Shown: one piece after another, positions 27,416 through 35,891 of the stretch | How the letters are laid out: each line of letters starts with the position of its first letter | Numbering within the stretch: position 1 is the first letter of the stretch | NCBI GenBank assembly: GCA_964392455.1 | Contig: CAYMPG010000001.1 | Location: 8,050 to 72,049, forward strand | From: an uncultured Clostridium sp. | GTDB lineage: Bacteria > Bacillota > Clostridia > Christensenellales > CAG-138 | Length of the DNA stretch: 64,000 bases | Direction: 5' to 3' | Made by a program: the position numbers and the translations under genes | The notes under the pieces: generated by a model | Databases searched by the model: none | What the model saw: only the letters and a program-made list of their open reading frames with translations | What the model was told of the DNA's origin: nothing

Positions 27416-28027
27416 ATGAGCGCAAGAATCAATTATGTGGACAGAAACCGAAGCCGCAGGATGCCTGCTCCCCCTGCCGCTGCAGGGGAAGCTCAGGAGC
27501 TGATAGCGGCGGGCGCGGCAGAGGGCTGCGGCTGCACCGGCGGAAGCGGGGCAGCAGAGAGCTGCGGCTGTGCAAGGAGCGTGGACTTTTGCGAGACCGT
27601 GACCCTGCATGAATCCTTTGACGCCAGCAATGTATGCACCCAGTCTGCAAAAATAGCGTATGACACATCCTTCCTCGGGTATACCGTGGAGGAGCAGACT
27701 ATGAATGCCAGCCTGCCCTGCGGCTGCTCCTGTCCGGTGATGGTGTATCGCATCAGCCTTACCGGAGCCATACCCTATATTGTAAATGTGGGTCAGGTGG
27801 AAAGCGGCTGCGGCGACCCGGTGTGCCTGGCCATTCAGGGAAGCACGATGGTAGACGAGGTGGTGGGCTATGCCTGCGGAGACAGCGAGCCCGAGCTTAC
27901 GGAAATATCCTGCTGCAGCGTTACGCCGGATATTACCGTAACGGTAAAGCCCTGCGGGTGTAGCGGCAAGACCAATGTAACGGTTTCCGGCAGCTTCAGC
28001 TTTTCAAATCTCCCCGTCCTCTGCTGA
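27416..28027 (+). CDS. Cysteine-rich hypothetical protein (17 Cys in 203 aa; four CGC motifs)
   Basis: Monocistronic, with its own terminator at 28048-28075. No signal peptide. No family recognised by eye. Confidence 0.6.
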   Translation: MSARINYVDRNRSRRMPAPPAAAGEAQELIAAGAAEGCGCTGGSGAAESCGCARSVDFCETVTLHESFDASNVCTQSAKIAYDTSFLGYTVEEQTMNASLPCGCSCPVMVYRISLTGAIPYIVNVGQVESGCGDPVCLAIQGSTMVDEVVGYACGDSEPELTEISCCSVTPDITVTVKPCGCSGKTNVTVSGSFSFSNLPVLC

Positions 28028-28047
28028 TACTGCATCCCGGCCGGAAG

Positions 28048-28075
28048 TGCGGGCGGTAACCGTCCGCATTTTTTT
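28048..28075 (+). terminator. Intrinsic terminator after the Cys-rich gene
   Basis: TGCGGGCGG-TAA-CCGTCCGCA followed by TTTTTTT. Confidence 0.8.
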
Positions 28076-28131
28076 CGGCCTGCCGGCGTAAACTAAGGAA
28101 AAAGCCCATTATGGCCTTTGGAGGAGCAAAT

Positions 28132-28596
28132 ATGCACAGTAAGGTAAAGACCTATATAGTATCCATAGCCGCTGCCCTTGCGGTGGGCGGGCTTTCTGCC
28201 CTGCTGACGGGAGACAGCATGGAAAAATACGCCGCCCTGCGTCAGCCGCCACTATCGCCGCCGGGGTGGATATTCCCTGTGGTATGGACGATGCTGTTTA
28301 TACTGATGGGTGTGGGCGCAGCCATGGTTTATCTCAGCAGCTCCTCAGGGAAAAAGCCCATTGCCATATACGGGCTGCAGCTTATAGTGAATTTCTTCTG
28401 GACAATACTGTTCTTTTTGTTGGAAGCAAGGCTGTTTGCGTTTTTCTGGCTGGTGCTGCTGCTTTGCCTTGCGGTATGGATGGCCATATCCTTTGGCCGG
28501 GCAAACAGAACGGCGGGCCTTATCCAGATACCGTATATACTGTGGCTGGTATTTGCAGGGTATCTCAATATGGGAGTATACCTGCTGAATGGGTGA
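28132..28596 (+). CDS. tspO: TspO/MBR family tryptophan-rich sensory protein
   Basis: Start at ATG 28132 (GGAGGAG RBS). Five TM segments. Motifs PPGWIFPVVWT and LIVNFFWT. Confidence 0.85.
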   Translation: MHSKVKTYIVSIAAALAVGGLSALLTGDSMEKYAALRQPPLSPPGWIFPVVWTMLFILMGVGAAMVYLSSSSGKKPIAIYGLQLIVNFFWTILFFLLEARLFAFFWLVLLLCLAVWMAISFGRANRTAGLIQIPYILWLVFAGYLNMGVYLLNG

Positions 28597-28705
28597 TACG
28601 GAGAGCACTTGTGGCGGCATATGCCGCCTTTTTTCATTGGCACTTGATAAAAGCGGGATTGTACATTAAAATAGTAAAAGCGTCTTAAAGGAGGAGGGCA
28701 TACAA

Positions 28706-28870
28706 ATGACACTTGGGGTATCTGCCGCATTGGCTCTGGTGTTTATCGGGGCGGGGCTTTACTGCCGCAAGTTTGCCCGCCTGCGTAATACCTCCCGCAG
28801 TATGCTGTTTTTCGGCGGATTGATGGCGGTATACAGCGTACTTACGCTGGTAATGGTATTGAGGGGCTGA
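28706..28870 (+). CDS. Small two-TM membrane protein (54 aa)
   Basis: AAAGGAGGAGG RBS. Sequence MTLGVSAALALVFIGAGLYCRKFARLRNTSRSMLFFGGLMAVYSVLTLVMVLRG. Below the ORF-track length cutoff. Confidence 0.35.
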   Translation: MTLGVSAALALVFIGAGLYCRKFARLRNTSRSMLFFGGLMAVYSVLTLVMVLRG

Positions 28871-28897
28871 ATCCGCAATACAATTGCATATGTATAT

Positions 28898-28986
28898 GGA
28901 GCGGTATCGAAGTGGTCATAACGGGGCTGACTCGAAATCAGTTTGCGCGAAAGCGCACGTGGGTTCGAATCCCACCCGCTCCGCCA
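28898..28986 (+). tRNA. tRNA-Ser (anticodon CGA), type II, CCA encoded
   Basis: Acceptor GGAGCGG/CCGCTCC. Anticodon loop CTCGAAA. Variable arm GCGCGAAAGCGC. T arm GTGGG-TTCGAAT-CCCAC. Confidence 0.9.
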
Positions 28987-28988
28987 CT

Positions 28989-29017
28989 AAAAAAACACCA
29001 CAAAGTGGTGTTTTTTT
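28989..29017 (+). terminator. Terminator after tRNA-Ser
   Basis: AAAAAAACACCAC-AAA-GTGGTGTTTTTTT. Confidence 0.8.
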
Positions 29018-29151
29018 AGTGGCCTGAATAATGGGGGGATTCGAAGGGCGGATAAGAAAAGGCACCAGTGGTGCCTTTTCCCGCCCCGGGAAATCGTGTC
29101 AGGCCGCTTTGCGTAGCGCAGAGCGCAAGCAAAGCGATGCCGATGACCGAT

Positions 29152-29172
29152 TTCGAATCCCACCCGCTCCGC
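29152..29172 (+). repeat. Exact 21-nt direct copy of the tRNA-Ser 3' end (TTCGAATCCCACCCGCTCCGC; original at 28964-28984)
   Basis: Direct comparison by eye. Flanking sequence has weaker similarity to the tRNA variable arm, but the 5' strand of the T stem is destroyed. Confidence 0.85.
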
Positions 29173-29435
29173 TTTCTTATCTTGAAAGGACTTAGTGGGA
29201 ATCGCTTTTGAAAGGACACATTACCCGGCTTAGAGCGAGAACATACCCCGGCTTAAAACAAACGGCAGCGGGGAGCTGGAACGGCAGGATATTTAAAATT
29301 TTTTGAGTATATGGTATTATAAACAAAATGGTTCCCCATAAAAATTCGCCTGCAAGAAAGGTGTGAGCCAAAAAACGTGCAGCCGGGCTGCCAAGGCTCA
29401 GCGCCTTTGGATGGGCATTGTAAAGGAGAGGAAGG

Positions 29436-30107
29436 ATGAAAAGAACGCCGATTAATGAGAGAATGCTTCCTGATTATACAAAGGGAGAAGAGATATTCAA
29501 TATGGTATCCCATGGAATAGGGGCGCTGTTTGGCATATATGTGCTGGTGTCCTGCGTGATAAAGGCCGCAGGCCATGATAGCGTATGGGGAGTGGTAAGC
29601 GGAGCCATATACGGCGCATCCATGATAGTGCTGTATGGAGTATCCAGCGTATATCACGGGCTGGGCAGGAATACCGGCAAAAAGGTGATGCAGATAATAG
29701 ACCACTGTGTTATTTATCTGCTGATATGTGGCACGTATACCCCAATAGCGCTGTGCGTGCTGAGGGAATACTCCCCAATGCTTGGCTGGGGACTGTATGG
29801 GGTGGTGCTGTGTGCGGCGGTGGTGGGAATAGTATTCACTGCCATCGACCTTAAGAAATACGCAGCGCTGTCCATGATATGCTATATTGGCATGGGCTGG
29901 TGCGTTGCGCTGGCCGCAAGGCCAATACTCAGCATGCTGCCTGTGGAGGCATTTGGGTGGCTTTTCTGGGGCGGAATAGCCTATACAGTAGGAGCAATGC
30001 TGTATGGATTGGGCAGCAGGCGCAGATATATGCATTCCGTGTTTCACGTATTTGTGCTGATAGGCAGCGTAATGCACTATGTTGCAATAATCAAGTATAT
30101 GCTGTAA
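29436..30107 (+). CDS. Hemolysin III / PAQR family membrane protein
   Basis: Seven TM segments. Motifs EEIFNMVSHGIG, SSVYH and HSVFHVFV. Confidence 0.85.
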   Translation: MKRTPINERMLPDYTKGEEIFNMVSHGIGALFGIYVLVSCVIKAAGHDSVWGVVSGAIYGASMIVLYGVSSVYHGLGRNTGKKVMQIIDHCVIYLLICGTYTPIALCVLREYSPMLGWGLYGVVLCAAVVGIVFTAIDLKKYAALSMICYIGMGWCVALAARPILSMLPVEAFGWLFWGGIAYTVGAMLYGLGSRRRYMHSVFHVFVLIGSVMHYVAIIKYML

Positions 30108-30135
30108 ACATACGTATTGTCATAAAAACACCGCA

Positions 30136-30173
30136 ATATGACTGTAGGCCAATAGCTTACAGTCATATTTTTT
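30136..30173. terminator. Bidirectional terminator between convergent genes
   Basis: ATATGACTGTA-11 nt-TACAGTCATAT followed by TTTTT. Confidence 0.7.
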
Positions 30174-30193
30174 GTATCCATATAAATGACAGC

Positions 30194-31606
30194 CTATCTG
30201 CCGGGGGTATTAGCGTGTATGCGGGGGAGGAGCTGCACTATGCCTATGCCTGCGGCCACGCATATGAGCTCGGCAATGGCAAGGGTGTGTATGGAGGAAA
30301 CTGCTGCTGCGCCGCCGGATGCCCCTGCGGCTATGCCGGCGGATATGCGATTGGTAAACATGGGAACGAATACCGCAACACCGAAGGGCGCCGCCAGATC
30401 CCGGAAAAGGCCATAGGTGCCTGTGCCTGCGCCGGCCTGCTGGGTGGAGACGCCGGAAAGGGCCACCTTCATGAATATGGTGCCGTTAGCTCCCAGCCCG
30501 AAGCCCAGTATGCCAAGGGACAGGGCAAGGATAAGCACAGACGCCGCCTCATTAAATAGCAGCATGAGGGCGCAGCCTGCTCCGGTGAGCAGCAGGGAAA
30601 ATGTCAGCACGAGCCGTGGCTCCCTTTTGTCTGCCAGGGGCCCCAGTAGCAATGCGCCCAGCGCCATGCCTATATACATTATGGAGATGGAGTAGCTGGA
30701 GATTATGGTATTCTCCGGCTGAGTGTACATGAGGAATACTATTATATTTGTCATATTGGCCTGCATGAGCCCCTGGGTAAGAAACAGGGCGGCAACAGAC
30801 AGCAGAAACGCTTTTCGTGCCATGAAGCTGCCGGGGAGTATGGGATTTGCAGCACGGCGCTCGGCATATATCAGCCCCACAAGGGAAAGTATGGCTGCCC
30901 CGAGCACGGAAATGAAGGGCAGGGAGCTCCAGCCAAGATTTTGCCCGAAGGAGGGTATGCATAGCACAAGGCTGAAAAACACCAGCACCAGCGCCCCGCC
31001 AAGGCTGTCAAAGTCGCCCAGGCCCTTTGGGGCGGGCGCATTGCGCTCCCGAAGCAGCAGGCAGGCCGCAGACAGCGCTACGCATATGCCTACGCATACC
31101 CATACCATTGCCCGCCAGCCAAGGGAGGCTATGAGCAGCCCTCCAAGGGTAGGGCCAAAGACCACCGAGCCGCTGGATATGAGCATATACAGGGAAAAGC
31201 CCTTTGCTATGCTGTCGGGAGGGAATTCCGTGAGAATATAGGCCATTACCACCGGGGCGATGGCTGCGGAGCCTATGCCCACCACAAAGCGGGCAATGAG
31301 CATAAACAGCAGGGAAGGGGCAATGGCCGTGAGAAAATTTCCAAGGGTAAAGGCCAGCATACCCAATAGCAGGGTCTTTCGCCGGCCAATGGCATCCCCC
31401 AGCTTGCCGAGTATGGGGGCGCAGGCGGCGGTGGACATGGCGGTGGCCAGGGCTGTCCAGGTGGTATTGTTATAGGGAAGGCCAAGGTCGCTTACAAAGG
31501 CGGGGCCCAGCACTGTGGAAAAGCCCCCAACCAGCCCCACCAGCAGAGCGGCAAGTGCGTAAGGGAGAAAGCCCTTCATGTATTCTTTATCGGCTGAAGG
31601 TTTCAT
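30194..31606 (-). CDS. MFS transporter (14-TM DHA2/EmrB-like)
   Basis: 470 aa. MFS motif GKLGDAIGRRKT. AGGAG RBS. Confidence 0.85.
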   Translation of the reverse strand: MKPSADKEYMKGFLPYALAALLVGLVGGFSTVLGPAFVSDLGLPYNNTTWTALATAMSTAACAPILGKLGDAIGRRKTLLLGMLAFTLGNFLTAIAPSLLFMLIARFVVGIGSAAIAPVVMAYILTEFPPDSIAKGFSLYMLISSGSVVFGPTLGGLLIASLGWRAMVWVCVGICVALSAACLLLRERNAPAPKGLGDFDSLGGALVLVFFSLVLCIPSFGQNLGWSSLPFISVLGAAILSLVGLIYAERRAANPILPGSFMARKAFLLSVAALFLTQGLMQANMTNIIVFLMYTQPENTIISSYSISIMYIGMALGALLLGPLADKREPRLVLTFSLLLTGAGCALMLLFNEAASVLILALSLGILGFGLGANGTIFMKVALSGVSTQQAGAGTGTYGLFRDLAAPFGVAVFVPMFTNRISAGIAAGASGGAAAVSSIHTLAIAELICVAAGIGIVQLLPRIHANTPGR

Positions 31607-31862
31607 AAAAAATGCTCCTGTAGCTGCCCGGATGGCAGATATGCCTGCCCGGGCGTATATTCTTTTTACAGTATGCCCGGATAAATGGACTTTCTCCCGT
31701 AATATTTATTGCCAGCAAACAGACGCATAAAATTCGACGTTATCTGCAAAAGTAATAACGCTGCTCTTAATATTGCATATCTGAATTTAACAGAAAAATA
31801 ATGTCATGCTATCATAAATATGTGCGTAAAAGCACCTAAAAGCAATAAAAGGAGAAGCTGAT

Positions 31863-32273
31863 ATGTCAATTTCACTGGAATACGCTCTTGCCAATAAGGA
31901 ACAGCCTGCTGTTCTGTGCTGCCGTGCCGAGGGTGGCATCACCATCACCGAGCACAACCTTGAGGACCCCGCCATATTTGATGACCTGGTGGACAGCGGC
32001 CTGCTGGATCTTACCGGCGCACTGACCATCGGCCAGGTGCTCAATGCAAAGCTCACCGGCACCTTTGATTCCCTTACTCCCCTTACTGCCGATAAGGTAG
32101 AGGGTATAAATGAGCAGACTGACGAGCCCGAGGAGGCTGCAGCCGAAGCAGCTCCCGCAGCAGAGGTAGCTGTGGGCGGCGCTGTACAGGGCGCTGAGGT
32201 AAAGGTATGCGGCGGCGTACTGGTGCTCAATATTGCCGAGGGCAAGGGCATCCATATCGAGCTGCCTATCTGA
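31863..32273 (+). CDS. Acidic hypothetical protein (136 aa)
   Basis: AAAGGAG RBS, its own promoter region and a shared terminator. No family recognised. Confidence 0.5.
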   Translation: MSISLEYALANKEQPAVLCCRAEGGITITEHNLEDPAIFDDLVDSGLLDLTGALTIGQVLNAKLTGTFDSLTPLTADKVEGINEQTDEPEEAAAEAAPAAEVAVGGAVQGAEVKVCGGVLVLNIAEGKGIHIELPI

Positions 32274-32292
32274 TAAGGGCCAAATAAAGCAA

Positions 32293-32327
32293 AAAAGCGG
32301 CGCTGTTTAAAAGACAGCGCCGCTTTT
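32293..32327. terminator. Bidirectional terminator
   Basis: AAAAGCGGCGCTGT-7 nt-ACAGCGCCGCTTTT. Confidence 0.8.
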
Positions 32328-32338
32328 ATGTTGCTCTT

Positions 32339-33085
32339 TCAATATACTCTGACCAGAACGCGCAGCCGGCCCTTTTTGGTTTCCCGGTCTATTCCCTCGT
32401 ATATAAAGCGGCCCTTGCCTCTTACGGAGATGAGTGCGCCGGGGAAAAGAGCTGCGGAGGCGTTTTGCACAAGGCGGCTGTTTATAAATACCCGCCCCTG
32501 CTGTATCAGCTCCTTACCGCCGCTGCGGGATAGCTGATAGACGGCGGATATTATGGCATCCAGCCTTTCGGAGGCGATTATGGCGGAGGTGATGGGAGGG
32601 GGCTGGAGCAGCCCATCTGGCGGCTCAGACAGCGCACAGCGCACGGCGGTGCGTCTTACCTCACAAAGGGAATCTATTATATACGGCGCTATGGTCTCTA
32701 GGCAAAAGAGATACCCCACATTATCCAGTATCAGTATATCCCCCATTACCTCACGCCTTACGCCAAGCCCCATCAGTGCCCCAAGGAAATCCCTGTGGGT
32801 GAGGGCCTCTGCAAACTTCTGGGAAGCGGGGGCTATTTTTACGCATACTATGGGGCTGGGATAGGCGCAGCCGAAAAGCTCCTCACTGCCAAAGGCTGCA
32901 AGCTTGCGCTCGCCGTCCGGATATCCTGCGTGCAGCGAATAGGGCACGGGCAGCCTGAGGGTGCTTAACGTATCCTGCTCAGACAGGGTGAGAAACTCTG
33001 TATCCGTCCAGAAGCCCTGCCTGTCGGCACGGGCCGCCAGCTCGTCAAGGCGGTTTATAAGCTGCTGTTTTTCAGCGTCTGCCAT
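32339..33085 (-). CDS. ylmH: YlmH-like RNA-binding S4-domain protein
   Basis: HRDFLGALMGLGVRREVMGDI matches the B. subtilis YlmH core. C-terminal S4 domain present (ERLDAIIS...LIQQGRVFIN). The start overlaps the upstream gene by 31 nt. Confidence 0.8.
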   Translation of the reverse strand: MADAEKQQLINRLDELAARADRQGFWTDTEFLTLSEQDTLSTLRLPVPYSLHAGYPDGERKLAAFGSEELFGCAYPSPIVCVKIAPASQKFAEALTHRDFLGALMGLGVRREVMGDILILDNVGYLFCLETIAPYIIDSLCEVRRTAVRCALSEPPDGLLQPPPITSAIIASERLDAIISAVYQLSRSGGKELIQQGRVFINSRLVQNASAALFPGALISVRGKGRFIYEGIDRETKKGRLRVLVRVY

Positions 33086-35658
33086 ATGGTATAGCCTCCG
33101 TTATTGTGGGCACGCATATCCTCCATAAGCTGGGTGAGCTGACCGCATACCGTATCCACTTCTTCCCGGAATGCCCGGGCAGGTATACGCAGGGCGCCGC
33201 GGCCCAGCACTATAAGCTGCTCAAGGCCATCGGATGTGGCCACCCGCACCATGCCGGTGTTCTTTTTGAGCTGATCTGTGACCCGCTCGATGTATATGTC
33301 GGCTATTTCCGCTTCCCGGGTGTAAACGATATATATGCCGCCGTTTTTTTCCACCCTTTCCTCGCCGCCGCTGACCTTGTATGCATCAAAGACCAGTATG
33401 AGATTGCATTTTTTGTAGCCCTGATAGTTTACCAGCAGCCTTATAAGCGTCTCCCGGGCAAGGGCTATGCTTTCCCGGGCCATTGCTCTAAGGTCTTCCC
33501 AGGCGAAGATTATGTTATACCCGTCAACGAGCAGGTAGCTTTCCTCAGGATCCATTGCCTTGAGCATGGCCTGTGTATCGGCGGGCTGCTCAGGGCGCTT
33601 TCTCAGCAGGAATGTTCTGTCCTTTACGGGGCCATAGGTGCGCTCGTATATGGCCATAAGTGCCTCGTCAGTATCCGGCGTTATCCGGGAGACCGGGGGA
33701 GCAGATTCCGCCTCCTGCTTTGCAAGGTGTGGGATAAGCTGATTCCACTTTACCACAAACCCTGCACCATGGCTGCAAAATACCGAATCCGGAGAGTTTT
33801 CTGTATCTGCCTCCGGGTCATAGCCCAGCCTTGCTATTACGTCATCCGCATTGTGGCAGGGGCGATACCCTCCATGGGAAAGGGAGAGCCTGCCCAGCCC
33901 ACGGGTATATGAGGCGACCTCCCGTGCGTAGTCTGCCATTGTTTCCACGGGGGCGCTGCCTGTCAGCAGGGCAAGCTCCCCGGCAGATTCCGGCGGGTCT
34001 GTTTCCCCGTTCATGCGGCGTATATCAGTAATGGCACGCCCGAGGTTTTCCTGGGGCAGCTCAAGGCGAAAGTCGTAATATGGCTCAAGCAGCACTGATT
34101 TGGCCTGCATAAGCCCCTGACGCACCGCCCGGTAGGTGGCCTGACGGAAATCGCCTCCCTCGGTATGCTTAAGGTGGGCCTTGCCGCTGAGCAGGGTTAT
34201 ACGCATATCCGTAATTGGGGAGCAGGTGAGTACGCCCCGGTGCTGCTTTTCCCGAAGATGGGTAAGAATAAGGCGCTGCCAGTTTCTATCCAGAATATCC
34301 TCGCTGCAAACGCTGTCGAATACCAGCCCAGACCCTGCGGGAAGAGGCTCCAGCAGAAGCTGCACATGGGCAAAGTGCTTTAGCGGCTCATAATGGCCAA
34401 TGCCCTCAACGGGGCTTTCGATGGTTTCCTTATATAAAATAGTACCCGGGCCAAACTCCGCATCCAGAGCAAACCGCTCCTTTATCAGGGAGCGAAGCAC
34501 CTCGCTCTGTACCTGCCCCATAAGGCGGGCCTGTATTTCCCTGTGCTGCTCATCCCATACAAGGTGGAGCTGAGGATCTTCCTCCTGGAGCTTTTTCAGC
34601 TTTTGGTATGCTTCGGGGAGGTTCACCCCATCGGGAAAAAGCAGCCTGCAGGAAAGCACCGGCTCCAGCGCCGGCGGCTGATCATCCAGCTCAAAGCCAA
34701 GCCCCTGCCCGGGGTATGTGCGGCTAAGGCCGCATACGGCGCATATCATGCCCGCATCCGCCTGCTGTATGGTGGTAAATTTGGAGCCTGAGTATATCCT
34801 GAGCTGGTCTGCCTTTTCTTCCCAGAGGCCCTCATCGGTGGTGGTGGCGGTGTGGTTTGTGAGCAGGCCCTTTACGGGGAGACTGCCGCCTGTTATTTTC
34901 AGCCAGGTAAGCCGGTTGCTGCCATCGTAGGTGATTTTGAATACCCTTGCGCCAAATTGGGCCGGGTAGCTGCGGCTGCGGCAATAGCGGCACAGCCCAT
35001 GGAAAAACTCATCCACGCCATCCATCTTAAGCGCAGAGCCAAAATAAACGGGGAATACCTCCCGGGCTGCTATGCCCATGGCAAGCTGCTCATCCGACAG
35101 GCTGCCCTGCTCAAGAAAGGCATCCATAAGGTGCTCCGAGCACATGGCGGCGGCTTCGTGGAGGGCGGAGACGTCTGAAAAATCTACGCAACCCTCGCTT
35201 AACTGCTTCCTCAGCTCTGCCATCAGCTCAGGCCGGGCAGGCCCCGGCAGGTCTGATTTATTTACAAATATGAATACCGGCACGCCATGGCGCTCAAGGA
35301 GCCGCCACAGGGTGCGGGTGTGGGCCTGTATGCCCCCGCTTATTACCAGTATGGCATAATCCAGCACCTGGAGGGTGCGCTCGGTTTCGGTGGAAAAATC
35401 CACATGGCCCGGGGTGTCCAGCAGCGTGATGGTGGTATCCTCCAGCTCCATTACGGCCTGCTTTGAGAATATGGTGATGCCCCGCTCCTTTTCAAGGCCG
35501 TGGGTATCCAGAAATGCATTTTGATGATCCACCCGCCCAAGGCTTCTGAGGGCGCCTGCGGTATACAGCAGCCCTTCGGACAGGGTGGTCTTGCCGGCAT
35601 CCACATGGGCCAGCATACCGATGGTTATTCGCTTGCGGGAAGAAAAAGTATTATCCAT
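33055..35658 (-). CDS. Translational GTPase (TetM/TetO/EF-G-like, approx. 650 aa) fused to a C-terminal YacP/Rae1-type NYN ribonuclease domain (approx. 33058-33540)
   Basis: G1 AHVDAGKTT, G2 RGITI, G3 DTPGH, G4 NKSD. Domain V-like LLEPYYDFRLELPQE (compare TetM LLEPYLSFKIYAPQE). The C-terminus LLVDGYN...VFDA...EIADIYIE...VATSD..EQ...GALR aligns to Rae1/YacP, including the acidic residues. Start trimmed to ATG 35658. Confidence 0.85.
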   Translation of the reverse strand: MDNTFSSRKRITIGMLAHVDAGKTTLSEGLLYTAGALRSLGRVDHQNAFLDTHGLEKERGITIFSKQAVMELEDTTITLLDTPGHVDFSTETERTLQVLDYAILVISGGIQAHTRTLWRLLERHGVPVFIFVNKSDLPGPARPELMAELRKQLSEGCVDFSDVSALHEAAAMCSEHLMDAFLEQGSLSDEQLAMGIAAREVFPVYFGSALKMDGVDEFFHGLCRYCRSRSYPAQFGARVFKITYDGSNRLTWLKITGGSLPVKGLLTNHTATTTDEGLWEEKADQLRIYSGSKFTTIQQADAGMICAVCGLSRTYPGQGLGFELDDQPPALEPVLSCRLLFPDGVNLPEAYQKLKKLQEEDPQLHLVWDEQHREIQARLMGQVQSEVLRSLIKERFALDAEFGPGTILYKETIESPVEGIGHYEPLKHFAHVQLLLEPLPAGSGLVFDSVCSEDILDRNWQRLILTHLREKQHRGVLTCSPITDMRITLLSGKAHLKHTEGGDFRQATYRAVRQGLMQAKSVLLEPYYDFRLELPQENLGRAITDIRRMNGETDPPESAGELALLTGSAPVETMADYAREVASYTRGLGRLSLSHGGYRPCHNADDVIARLGYDPEADTENSPDSVFCSHGAGFVVKWNQLIPHLAKQEAESAPPVSRITPDTDEALMAIYERTYGPVKDRTFLLRKRPEQPADTQAMLKAMDPEESYLLVDGYNIIFAWEDLRAMARESIALARETLIRLLVNYQGYKKCNLILVFDAYKVSGGEERVEKNGGIYIVYTREAEIADIYIERVTDQLKKNTGMVRVATSDGLEQLIVLGRGALRIPARAFREEVDTVCGQLTQLMEDMRAHNNGGYTIWQTLKNSSL

Positions 35659-35664
35659 ATTTGA

Positions 35665-35673
35665 ATTGTACCA
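35665..35673 (-). promoter_or_regulatory. Extended -10 (TGGTACAAT) 6 nt upstream of the GTPase-NYN ATG; candidate leaderless promoter
   Basis: Reverse complement of 35665-35673. No SD sequence lies before ATG 35658. Confidence 0.35.
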
Positions 35674-35827
35674 TTTGAGAGCGGCAGGCCACAAGCCCAT
35701 TATTGGCGGGGGAGGGCAGACAGGATTGAGAGAATAAAAACAAAAATGTTACTTTATTCACAATGAACAAATAAAAAAATATGGTTTTTTTTGAAAATAC
35801 TCTTGAAATAGACCAGACAGTGTGTTA

Positions 35828-35845
35828 TTGTATACACGGATACAA
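35828..35845. promoter_or_regulatory. Inverted repeat TTGTAT-N6-ATACAA overlapping a putative -10 of the TRAP operon
   Basis: Putative promoter is TTGAAA, 17-nt spacer, TATTGT. The palindrome starts inside the -10. Confidence 0.3.
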
Positions 35846-35891
35846 GAACATGAGTATGCAAATCAAATTAAAATATTTGGAGGAAGAAATC

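Noticed and set aside
29016-29219. A 67-aa minus-strand ORF downstream of tRNA-Ser
   Set aside because: It overlaps terminator hairpins and the tRNA-derived repeat, has no RBS and its composition looks non-coding.
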